64,000 nt of DNA, taken from Vicugna vicugna. Lineage: Eukaryota. The stretch is taken from contig MU057552.1 of NCBI GenBank assembly GCA_013265495.1, forward strand, positions 93,655-157,654, in the 5' to 3' direction. Numbering within the stretch: the first letter of the stretch is position 1; each line of letters begins with the position of its first letter. The notes beneath the pieces are model-generated. The model worked only from the letters and a program-made list of their open reading frames with translations, made no database searches and had not been told where the DNA came from. The translations under genes were made by a program, and so were the position numbers. Shown one piece after another: positions 1 to 10,625 of the stretch.

Positions 1-1186
1 CTGCCCCCACCCCTGGGGCCACCCCTAGGTGGACTGGGAGGTGTTTGTAAATGAGTCTCACACGAGGACATGACTGAACAAAGCTGGGCCCCACCTCCAG
101 AAAGCACACCTGCTCCCTTCTCTGAAGAGGACCCCACAGCCCCACACTGCCTCCCAGGGGTCTACTCAGGACACAGTCCCCCAGTTCTGGGCAAGGCATC
201 TCCCTGGAATCCTTGCTTCCAGAAGGGTCTTTGTGTCCTTCTTCAGAGTTTAGAGTTGTTCCCATGTCCCTGACCATGAGGGTGCCCAGCATGGACACTT
301 CAGTGACCTGGAGAGACAAGGAAGATATGTGGCCACAGGTCTCACAGGACACACCTGCTGGGACCCCAGGCCAAAGGGCCGTCCTCCTCCCTTCTCAGGG
401 GTGGATCCCATGGTAACTTTTTGCAGGGGGCCCGAACGGGGAGTGGGGCCCAAAGCAGATCATGGGGCTCTCTGGGCAGGGAAGACTTGGGTCAGGTGGC
501 CTTGCCTGGTTTCCGTGCTGGGCCGCTCTAAAAACCCCCATTCCTCTGGCTGTGGCTGGAGGCCCCCCAAACCTCAGGGCGGGGCCCTTTCTCTCGGCCT
601 CCCCGCCTCCAAAGTCACGCTGGCGCTGGCGTGGGGAAAGAGCTTTCTTGCCCTCTCGTGGCTAAATTGCCACAGGTGGATGCTGTGGAGAGCTGGAGAG
701 AGAGGTAGCCCTTGCTTAGATGTGAGTGGTTAGGCAATGTGACACCTTGTTAACTAGCCTTAAACATTGGAAAAATGACTTTCCCGGGAAAGCTGGAAGT
801 TACTTTCAGTAATTTGTCTAAAGATTTCTTTTTTTTTTCCCTTAAAGACTCATAAAACTTCTCCCAGGTCAGTCCTGGTAAGGACCATTATCCAGGGATC
901 AATCAGGAAATGCAGGAGGAGAGGGGTGGGGGTGGGGGAGAGGGGAGGGGACATCAGAGCCCAAGGAGAGGAGATACCCCTACCAGGGGCCACACGCTGG
1001 GCAGTCGCTGTTGGCATCCCGCTCTCCTGTTCTCAGGCCCATTTCATCTGTGGGGTGTTTCCAAACGAAACAATGGTGGAAGGGCCATGGAGGACACCTA
1101 GACCTCCCAGAATGGACAGAGGGAGCAGAGTCACCATGCTGGCCCTGGGCTTGGAGCCAGACCTGCAGTGGAGACCACAGGTCTTC

Positions 1187-1720
1187 TGAGAAGCCAGTTT
1201 CGAAATAAAGGCAGTATGTGCTGGAATACCCAGTTCGAGCGAGTGCTTCATCATAGACATGTAATTTACATAGTTCTTCTCACCACGAAACTCTGTGTTC
1301 CCAACACGCTACATGAATGACGGCTTCAACACACATTCATTTCTGAGATGTGAACAAGTGTAGAGCCGCTCTTTCATCCAGCATAATGGGCATGGTTACA
1401 CCTAGGAACACTTTCCAAGATTTCTCAGCAAGAGCCAATTTTGAAATAAAGGCAGTTTGCACAGGAAAAGCCTGTTGGAGTGAGGGCTTCCCCATACACA
1501 TGTAAGTTATATAGTTCCCCTCACCATGAAACGCTGTTCCCAACACGCTACATGCATGAAGGCTTCGACAGTTCTAAGATGTTAGCATGTGGAGAGCCGC
1601 TCTTTCATTTAGCATAAAAGGCAAGGTTACACCCAGGAAGACTTACCCAGATTTCTCAGCTGGTTCCTTCACCCAGATTCAAAAGAAAGGCAGTTTGTAT
1701 AGGAAAAGCCTGTTGGAGCG
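1187..1720. repeat. Satellite-type tandem repeat, ~240-bp monomer, about 2.2 copies
   Basis: Anchor AAAGGCAG recurs at 1207, 1448 and 1686 (spacing 241 and 238). Monomers share GTTCCCAACACGCTACATG, GAGCCGCTCTTTCAT, GGTTACACC and GATTTCTCAGC. Abrupt boundaries with unrelated sequence on both sides. Confidence 0.85.
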
Positions 1721-2599
1721 TGTTCAGAGCTGTTTTGGGCTCTGTCCCAGCTGAAGAGTGCAAACCCCAACCTCCAGAAAGAGGGGCCAGGTCCCCCACC
1801 CGCCAAGTGGTTTTGCCTTTGTTGGGGAACAGTGATCTTTGGTTGTGAGATGTTTTGTGGCTCTCTCTAAAAACTGCTTTGACTTTAAGTTTGCATCCTA
1901 GTCACCAGTTCCAGGGCAACAGAAAAAGCATACCCTACATCCCTTTGCACTCAAATCTTCCCAAAAGAGCAAATATTTGCCCATGAAAATACCACCTGCT
2001 CTTCTAAGACCCCCTAAATACCCAGCAGTGTGGGCGGTGCACTCTTGATCAGGGACAGGAGGAGAGGGACCAGCGGTCCTCCGGCAGGCTTGGTCTGGTG
2101 TGGCAGCTGCACTGTGGGTGCGTGGTGGGGAGGGCCATGCAGGGAATCCTGTTTGAGGGGCCTCTGTGCACGCCTGCATTATGGTCTGAGGTTTCATACA
2201 AAGGCTTCAGGTGTCCTAACTGATCAGATACAGCCCCCACCCTCGGGCTGGAGCCACCAGGAGCTCAGTACCTGTAACAGGGACAGTACCTGGTGTGGAC
2301 AGAGGTCATGGGACTCCGGGTGCAGGGGCGGTGGTGCTGGGGTAGGCAGGGGATGCAGTGAAAGGTGGAGGGAGCAGGGTCCCTTGCTCGGGGGTGAGAG
2401 TTCTTGGGGAAACCACAGAGCATGGCACACACCATCCCCAACCCATACCCCAAATTCCTAGCCCCGCCAACACAGGGGCCGCTCTGCGCCCTCTCACCGT
2501 GGCTCTCCTGTGAGACCGCACCCAACCCGGCATCTGGCACCCCTGACCTACCTCCCCTCTTGGGACAGACCTTGTCTTCTTGGAAACTGCCCAGCAGCG

Positions 2600-3250
2600 C
2601 GAATTCAAGGCCGGCAGCGGGCCTGGCGGATCTGCACTTCATGTGCCCTACCTGGACAGCCGTGCGTGCCTGGGCTCAGTCCTCTATCTTGTCCACCGGC
2701 AGCCTGGGTCCACGTCCGGTGCAAGCGAAGGCCGCAGAGCCCAGGCTGAGCCCCGCACACGGACAGGTGGGGGTGCCGCTGCCCCGCTGCCCCGCTGCCC
2801 CGCCCACTGGTGGCAGGACCGCCCCAGCCTCCGGCCGGCGCCACCTGCAGCTGACATCCGCGCGGCCCGCCAGCCCCGGCCCCGCCCAGCTGCCCCATAA
2901 GCCTGCCCCCACCCCCGTCCTGGCCGCGCCCTGGCTCCCATTGGCTCCGCAAGTTCTGCCCTCGCACGTCTAGCCTCGGGAGGACGCAAGACGCAAGCGC
3001 TAGGGGAGGGTACGCCGCGCTCCGCGCGGGCCGGCGTGCGCTTCTGGGGCGGGCAGCGGGCTCCGGAAGTGTGCAGCTGCCCGGGACCGTGGCAGTGCTT
3101 GCTGCTGGGGATGGCGGCTTGCTCGGCCCAGCGACTAGTTCTGGCCTGGTCAGTCGGCGGCCGACATCCTGTCTGGGGCTGAGTCCCACAGACGGTAAAC
3201 GTACGTCCGCGCCATTGGCGGGGCCTGTGGACATGAACCGGGGTGGGATC
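2600..3250 (+). promoter_or_regulatory. CpG-island promoter of the POFUT2 duplicate
   Basis: High GC and CpG density. ATTGG (reverse CCAAT) at 2940, GC box GGGGCGGG near 3046, ETS motif CCGGAAGT at 3063-3070, CTCF-like CGCCCACTGGTGG at 2801-2813. All lie just 5' of POFUT2-like exon 1. Confidence 0.75.
3089..3194 (+). pseudogene. POFUT2: POFUT2 pseudogene, exon 1 coding part
   Basis: Translates ...[19 protein letters not shown], matching recalled POFUT2 ...[20 protein letters not shown]. Start appears as GTG (3089), TAG at 3136-3138 in place of Glu, indels in the signal-peptide region, GT donor at 3195. Confidence 0.9.
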
Positions 3251-4588
3251 AGGGTTGGGGTGGTGGCTGGGGAGGGGCTGTGGTGCCAGGGAGCGGGTTG
3301 GGTTGGGGGTGATAGAGCTGGGGCACAGCCTCAGGCTTTCCTCCCCCTCAGGCCCTAGGGCTGGGGCCACGAGTCTGTGTCGCCCTGGATGGCTGCAGCT
3401 CCCAGAACCCCCCGGGAAGGGCAGGCGGAGGACCCCTCTTAGATGAAGCAGGGCCTTACCCAGGTTTTGAAGAGCCCCAGAATCAGATGTTGGAATGGGG
3501 TGGTTTATCAGCCTTGTTTATCTGCAGGTAAATTTCAGTTCCATTCACATGTTGGTTCCTTCAGTCAACCTCAGGGATAAGACACAAGGGTCAGTGCCGA
3601 TTAGCAGTTATCTAGGGCTTGACTCAAAATCCAAAATCGACTGTGCGGGGTGTAGGGATGGTAGATGGGACCCTCCCTCTCGAAGTTAGCAGTCTTCTGG
3701 GATTAGAGGCCCCAGCTGAGGATTACATCCTCATCTGCAGTAATGGATGTTATGAGGAAACACACAGAGAACGGAGGGGTGTGGCGGCGGTAACTCATTA
3801 CAGAGTCCAGGACGCTTGCCTGGCTCTTGTGTAGAAGAGTCTCGCCTAGGATAGGGCAGCAGTTATCAAAGTGTATCCAAGGCCCCTGAAGTGCAAGACC
3901 ATTTTCATAGAAACGGCAGGGTGTCACCTGCCTTTTGCACACTCTTGTTCTCCCGAGTTCCTGTGGGGTTTTCCAGGGAAAACCTGGCCTATGATATCAC
4001 AAAACAGGGAATGCAGAGGCAGATAGGAGAATTCAGCTCTCACCAGTCCAAAAGAGATTTGCAGAAATTAAAATCACTGCTATTCTTCTAATGATTTTTG
4101 TTTTGAAAAATAGAATTATTTTTTGTTTAAGAGTATTAATGGTAATATATAGTAGATTGTTAATATTTTTAAGTGAATTCATACGCTTTTTCTAAGTTCT
4201 TATTCAACTTCTAACACAGGACCTATTGATAGATTTAACTCACATAAATAGCAGCCTTTTGGAGTTCTCAGTAATTGTTAAGAGTGTATAGGGTTCTGTA
4301 GACCAAGAAGTTTGAGAGTCCCTGGAGAACGGGTGCTCAGGTGCTAGTCAGGTGCTTAGCGGTGTTAGACGGATGCCAAGATGTCTTCCGCAACTTCTCC
4401 CGGACTCGAAGTAATTGGCCACATGGAGATGGGTGGGCAGTGCCTCCACTTTACAAACCAGAAGCTGCTGAATGTGTCTGGAGTCTAGGCCATGGGCTGT
4501 GCAGGGATTCCTGTTCAATCTGTTCTAAGCCGGGATTCCTGTGCAGAGGCCTGGCCCTGAAGACCCGCTCTCCTTTGCTTCCTGCCAG

Positions 4589-4839
4589 GTACCTTCTGTG
4601 TGACATCAACCCTCCAGAGGGCTTCAGGCTCCGTAGGAACATCTGCATCCAGGTTGCTTTCCTCTTGAAGACCCTGCTGAAGATGGAGGAGTCAGTACTG
4701 GTGCTACCCTCTTAGGGCCACCTCTACCGCTGGCAGAGCCCTGACATCAACCAGGTCCAAATTCTCTGGTCCGACTTCTTTGATCGCCCAAGTCTCAACA
4801 GAAACATCCCTGACATTGTATACGAACAGTTCATTGCAG
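4589..4839 (+). pseudogene. POFUT2: POFUT2 pseudogene, exon 2 (251 bp)
   Basis: AG/GT-bounded. [82 protein letters not shown] versus POFUT2 [83 protein letters not shown]. Trp to TAG at 4713-4715. No exon 3 found downstream. Confidence 0.95.
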
Positions 4840-5304
4840 GTGAGTTGGTGGACATTTAACTGGGGCCAGGTGGTCGTTGTTCTGGTTCCGATGTGAACAT
4901 CGGGCCATCTTACTTTGGGCTTGTCGGTCTGCTTAGGGGCCCTGCTCATGTTTCCTGCACTGCAGGTGAATTTGGTCTTTCCATAGTTTTTCTCAGGAAA
5001 TTGATTTGAAGTGTATGAGCTCTATGTCCCCTCACCTCTGAAAACTCTGGCCTCCTGGTGAGATGGAGTGCTGACAAGGAGGCCACTGCTACAGAGGCCT
5101 TGTCCCAGCAGGACTCGCTCCCTGTTCAGACAGGGCCGTTCTTACCTGTAGGAAAACACGATGTGTGTGTAGCATGGGCCATGTGCTGGAGAAGATATGT
5201 AACTGCCCATCCAGTATAATTTGATCCTGCTCAAGCTTCCCATTTTAAGTTTTGTAAGAGGGAAGAGTTGAAGGTTTTCTTTGAATAAACATATTTAGAG
5301 CTTA

Positions 5305-6905
5305 TCATTTTTTTAATTGAAATGTGGTTAATTTACAATGTTTTGTTAGTTTCAGATATACAGCTGTTTTGTTAGTTTCAGGTATACAGCATAGTGATTC
5401 AGTTGTACATATACATAGTCTATTCTTTTTCAGGTTCTTTTCCATTATAGGTTGCAACATACTGAATATTGTTCCATGTGTTTTACAGTGAATCCTTGTT
5501 GTTTGTCTGTTTAACATACAGTAATTTGTATCTGTTAATCCCAAATTCCTAAGTTTGTTTTCTAATTATGTGAGTCTGTTTTTGTTTTATAAATAAGTTC
5601 ATTTGTATCATTTTTTAAAATTCCACATATAAATGATATCATATGATACTTGTCTTTGTCTGACTTATTTCACTTAGTGTGATAATCTCCAGGTCCATCC
5701 ATGTTGCTGTAAATGTCATTATTTCCTTCTTTGTTATGACTGAGTAATATTCTGTTATATCTAAATACCACNNNNNNNNNNNNNNNNNNNNNNNNNNNNN
5801 TCTTGGCCATACAGTGCTGCTGTGAACATTGGGGTGCAGGTATCTTTTGGAATTAAGGTTCCCTCTGGATATATGCCCAGGAGTGGGATTGCTGGATCAA
5901 GTGATAAGTCTGTTTTTTTGTTTGTTTGTTTGTTTTTTGGCTTTTGAGGTATTTCCATACTGTTTCCACAGTGGCTGCACCAAACTACATTCCCACCAAC
6001 AATGTAGGAGGGTTTCCTTTTCTCCACAGCCTCTCCGGCATTTATGGTTCGTGGACTTTTGAATGATGGCCATTCTGACTGGTGTGAGATCATAACTTAT
6101 TGTAGTTTTGAGCTGCATTTCTCTGATAATTGAGCGATACTGAGCATTTTTTTATGTGCCTATTTGCCATTTGTGTGTCTTCATTGGAAAATTGCTTGTT
6201 TAGTTGTTCTGCCCATTTTTGGATTTGGTTGTTAATTTTTTCTTATTAAGTTGTATGAACTATTTATATAGTCTAGAAATTAAGCCATGGTCAGTCTCAT
6301 CTTTTGCAAATATTTTCTCCCATTCCATAGGTTGTCTTTTTGTTTTGCTTATGGTTTCTAATGCTGTGCAAAAGTTTATAGTTTAATTAGGTCTCATTTG
6401 TTTATTTTGGCTTTTATTCCTGTTGCTTGGGTTGCTTAGATTGCCCTAGGAAAACACTGCTGAGATGTATGTCAAATAATGTTTTGCCTATGTTTTCTTG
6501 TGAGAAGTTTACAGTGTCTTGTCTAATGTTTAAGTCTTTAAGCCATTTTGAGTTTGTTTCTTTTTGGATTTTTTGTGACTCTATTGTATGCTTTTGATTT
6601 GTGGTTACCTTATTTTTCAACTATATCAACCCATTACTATATCTATTTCCTTTAGACTGATAATCACGTAGGCTCCAACACATCCTAAGCATAATGAAGA
6701 AAAAAAAGAAAGAAAAAAATCTGTATTTTCTTGCTCCCCCCTCCCATTCCCACCTTTTTTTATTTTGATGTCCTTTTTCTTTTTTACATCTTCATGTTTA
6801 TATCTCTTGTAGCTCGTTATTGCATTTCCAACTATGGTTTTCCTGTTTCTATAGCATCCTGCTTCCTTTCTGTTTAGAGTAGAACCTTTTAATGTCTCTG
6901 TTAGG
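5305..6905 (-). mobile_element. LINE-1 fragment: 3' UTR and ORF2 end joined to inter-ORF/ORF1 end
   Basis: Minus-strand ORFs give L1 ORF2 C-terminal motifs ([31 protein letters not shown]). From ~6555 the sequence jumps to a region resembling 36140-36480 of the full-length L1. Confidence 0.9.
5772..5800. other. Assembly gap (29 N)
   Basis: Run of N. Confidence 1.
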
Positions 6906-8019
6906 TTCAATATTGCTGAGTTATCTCCCCTCCCCCTCCCCCCACACGCCTCTGAATCCTCAGTCCAGGAAAGCCAAACCATTCTAGCCTTCATCGGTTC
7001 TGTGAAAGCAATCTTCAGAGTGGGAAAAAAATTGCAAAATCATATTCTGTGTGTTGCTTTCTACCCTTGCCCAGAGATGAGAAACCTCTGAAGATGGAGG
7101 AAAAAAGTTGGAGTTGGGGAACACAAAGTCTTTTCTCCTTTTGCTGCTGAAGAAATGATTGCTTTTGTAATTAATGATGATGCCCTTTAAATTGGTGTGG
7201 TCGAGATTCCACAGCTTCAGCGCCTGTGAATAACCAGCCGGGAGAAAGCTCTCCAGGGCCCCTGCAGTGGGAAAGGCAGCCCCTCTGAGCCCCTGTTGTT
7301 CGGTATTCTTCCTTTCTCCACACGGGTTCACTAGGCACCGTGCAGGACGTTGCAGGTACCCGAGGTGGAGGACAGGGAGACCCCTTCTGGGTGTCAAGCC
7401 ACAGGAGCCCACACTTGAAGGACAAAGTGAAGAGTAGTGGGACAGGTGTAGGAACAGAGGATGGTTGAGACCCAGGATGGTGTTTTGGAGTCCAGCAGGC
7501 GAGGCTGGCAGGGCAGACGGGGCCCTGTGGCATGGGCAGTCCTTGAGGGATCTGAAGCAAAGATAGGAACCAAAAGACTGGATTCGTGTGGGGGTACGGC
7601 GCCCCCTGGAGCCCGCGGGGCAGCGCAGCGAGCCCAGGGGGAGCGGGCACTTCCCTACAGCTGGGTTGACAGATCACAACCACCTCACTGGGGGCCGAGA
7701 GTCACTGAGTTATTTTTAACTTTATGTCCCTCTTCCTGGAAAAGAAACTGCTGCCTGTTGAATAGCCTGTGTCGCTAGTGAGAAAGACATGAAGCAAGAT
7801 TGCCTCAAAGGTCATCCATTGTGTAGTTGTTAATAGGGTCAAATGCAAACTTGAATAGATGAAATGAAACATTCATCATAGGATTTTAAAAAATCCTTTA
7901 AAATAAAAATTCTTGCTGCCTTTGTTCTTCATTTCAGGGTTCACTTGGTGATAATAATAGCAACCAAAGCAACAGCAAACCCTCACAGAACTCTGTCCTG
8001 CTGTTCCGGGAACGCTGTG

Positions 8020-8300
8020 TTCACGACAACCCAATGAGGTGGCACCACTATGAATTCCACTTAACAGGCAAGAACATTGACTAATCACACAGCTAGTAAA
8101 TGGCAGAGCTGGGACTTGAACCCAAGCTGTCTGGCCCCAGAGCCCCCTTTGAGCCCCTTCACTGCAGCTCATCACTTGGCATGCCTGACACAGGCCAGCA
8201 TTTATGAGCAGAGTGACCTTGGCAAAGGCTGCTTCACCACTTGGTCTCTGTTTCCACATCTGTAGAATGGGGGTGTGGGCAGTGAACTCTGTGAGCTCAG
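8020..8300. mobile_element. Two MIR fragments in opposite orientation
   Basis: CACAGCTAGTAAATGGCAGAGCTGGGACTTGAACCCAAG (minus) and GTGACCTTGGCAAAG...CTGTTTCCACATCTGTAGAATGGGG (plus) resemble the MIR core. Confidence 0.75.
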
Positions 8301-8689
8301 TGGTCACTTCCTCCAGCTCTGCTATTCTACGGCTTTGAGTTAGTTTAGTAAGTATCCGAGCCTCTGCCTGGCCCACCCATAAGCTGGCGCTTTGCTAGGC
8401 CCTGGGTTACAGAGAAAAGTAAGATCAGCCTGCTTCTCTGAGGAGCCTGTGTCACTCCACGGGAAGCAGGTGTGAGGCACAGGCTCCCTCGCTGGCAGTA
8501 AGAGTCTGGGCAGGAAAGTCTGATAGAAGATGGAGGCAGAGCCCCTCCGGGATCAGTGGTGGGCCACACAGCTCACAGGACCGAGAGCCTCTGTCCAGGC
8601 TGCTGAGAAGGGAGCCCTTAGCTCGCCCCAACCTAAGCCCTCAGGACAAAGATCCAGCCATCCCTGAAATGTCACCATAGAGCCAGTCC

Positions 8690-9920
8690 ATCCTCATCAC
8701 TGTGCCTCTGTGCTCCTTTGTCCTGGGGCCTCTCTTCCCCCTACACCCAGAAGACGTTTCTCCCTCTCTTCTCTGAGTGTCCCCTCACTTCACCCGTGGT
8801 CCCTGCTTCCTGGGCAACCATCTCTGGAGCTGAAACTTTGCCCCCTCACACCCCCCGTTTGATCAGGAGCCTGGTTTGGCCTCCTTGTGCTCACTTTCCA
8901 CCTTCAGATCATTGCTCCTCCTCTCTTGGGAGCATCTGCAAAACCCAGATCCTTTCCTACCAGTGCCTGCCACCCTGGCCTCCCTGCTCATCTGCCCCAG
9001 TCAGGAGCACCTGGGCCCCCAGCTCTCTATTGCCTCACCTCCTAATCTCACTTTCCACCTTCATATCATTGCTCCTCCCCTCTTGGGAGCACCTGGAAAA
9101 ACCCAGATCCTTTCCTTGCAGTGCCTGCCACCCTGGCCTCCCTGCTCATCTGCCTCAGTCAGGAGCACCTGGACCACCAGCTCTGTATTGCCTCACCTCC
9201 TACCATCAAGACGTCAAATTTGATTCTCCCTCCACCACCCAGTATGGTCATTGTAGGGTCTTCTTCTCTGTCAGCCTGAGCCAGCCACCCCCCATTCACC
9301 CTATCCCCAGGCTCATACCCGGGCGTGTCTCCTTCCCAGGTCAAGCCTCTCTCCTTTATGTGCCCAACTCTATCCATCCAGCTGCTTCTCCAACAGCCTC
9401 CCTGGCCCTCCTTCACCCTCACTAGGGAATCAAGCACTGACTCCTCTGCTTTCCTGCCTGTCCACGTTCCTCTTACTTCCACTTCCCCACCTTCCAGCTC
9501 TGCATCCACAGTCAGCACTCTCTTTATGACAAACAAAACCCCCTGGACCCTTGATCTTTTCAGTTCCTCACCAGGACGACTTCCATCTCGGTTCACCCAG
9601 CTCTATTTCTTCTGAGCCTGCAGGCAGCAGGCTCCCCCAGCACAGATTTCTAAGACTACAAATCAATGCCCAGCATGTTGCCACTGCCAGGCAATCCTCC
9701 AGGATTTCTCTAGTGAGCACATTTCCCCGCTTATCACTCAGTCGTGTCAACATTCTCTGCTCTCTGTACAACTCTAAGCTTCCCTCTGTCTCTTCCCTAA
9801 CTCCCAGCAGATGGCCTTGCCTCCTGCTTCAGAGAGAATGACGTGTTACTGGAAAGGAACTCGCTCACCTGCAGCAAATCTGCTCACCTCACCTTTCATC
9901 TGTCCCTCTCCCACCTGGAC
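8690..9920 (+). mobile_element. Degenerate LINE-2-like pyrimidine-rich region
   Basis: C/T-rich strand with L2-like phrases (CCTTGCCTCCTGCTTCAGAGAGAA). The 235-aa ORF here is a by-product. Confidence 0.45.
8890..9202. repeat. Tandem duplication, 157-bp unit x2
   Basis: CTCACTTTCCACCTTCA starts at 8890 and 9047. Both copies contain AAAACCCAGATCCTTTCC and CAGTGCCTGCCACCCTGGCCTCCCTGCTCATCTGCC. Confidence 0.9.
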
Positions 9921-10329
9921 TCTAGTTGTAGTTCTTAATTTAGTGAGTTTAGTTTACATATACACACAGTTAAAAGAATAGCATACTATAGGCTGCCTTC
10001 TAGGGCTTTCTTTTTCAATTTAACAGAGAGTGTATGATTCATCCATTTCATTGCATGTACCTGCAGTTCATTTGTTTTAACTGATCTTAAATCAGTTTGT
10101 GAAAATAACACAAGAGAAGGGTAAGCCACGATTCAGGATGCTGGTTACTTCCTGTGAGAAGAGGCCATGAGCAGGATAGGGAAAGAGGACACAGTATGTC
10201 ACTGTCAATAGTCCTGTTCTGATGCTGGGTGATACGTTCACAACTGTTTCTTATAATATTAATTTTAATACACAAATGCCTCTGACAGGCACTTAAGATG
10301 AGAATGTGTCATGAACCAAGACATACAAA

Positions 10330-10625
10330 GGGTAATATTACATCATTATTGTTATGTAATCTTGTTATAAAATATATTAATCATAATCTTACATTATGTG
10401 TTATATATTATATAGATGCATGAATTATATATTATGTATATAAACACCTACATATATATTATATACTATCTGCTAATAAACAGAACATAATATGCTAGTA
10501 TATCTATTATATATTATTTAATAAATAATAACATACTATATCTTGTTATATGACATGGCACATAATCTTTAATAAAATAGGAAATCTGTCACTATATATA
10601 ATGGTAATTAGTAAAATTAAATAAA
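10330..10625. repeat. AT-rich low-complexity tract
   Basis: Degenerate TA/TAT repeats. Confidence 0.8.

Noticed and set aside
1187..1720. CRISPR-like repeat/spacer array
   Set aside because: Whole ~240-bp units are homologous, there are no unique spacers or cas genes, and the context is mammalian.
2030..3446. Long overlapping ORFs (143-228 aa) on both strands
   Set aside because: Expected stop-codon depletion in a CpG island. The only real homology is the POFUT2 exon 1 frame, which these ORFs do not follow.
4341..4715. 124-aa ORF as a functional POFUT2-like protein
   Set aside because: Intron read-through into exon 2 that ends at a premature stop.
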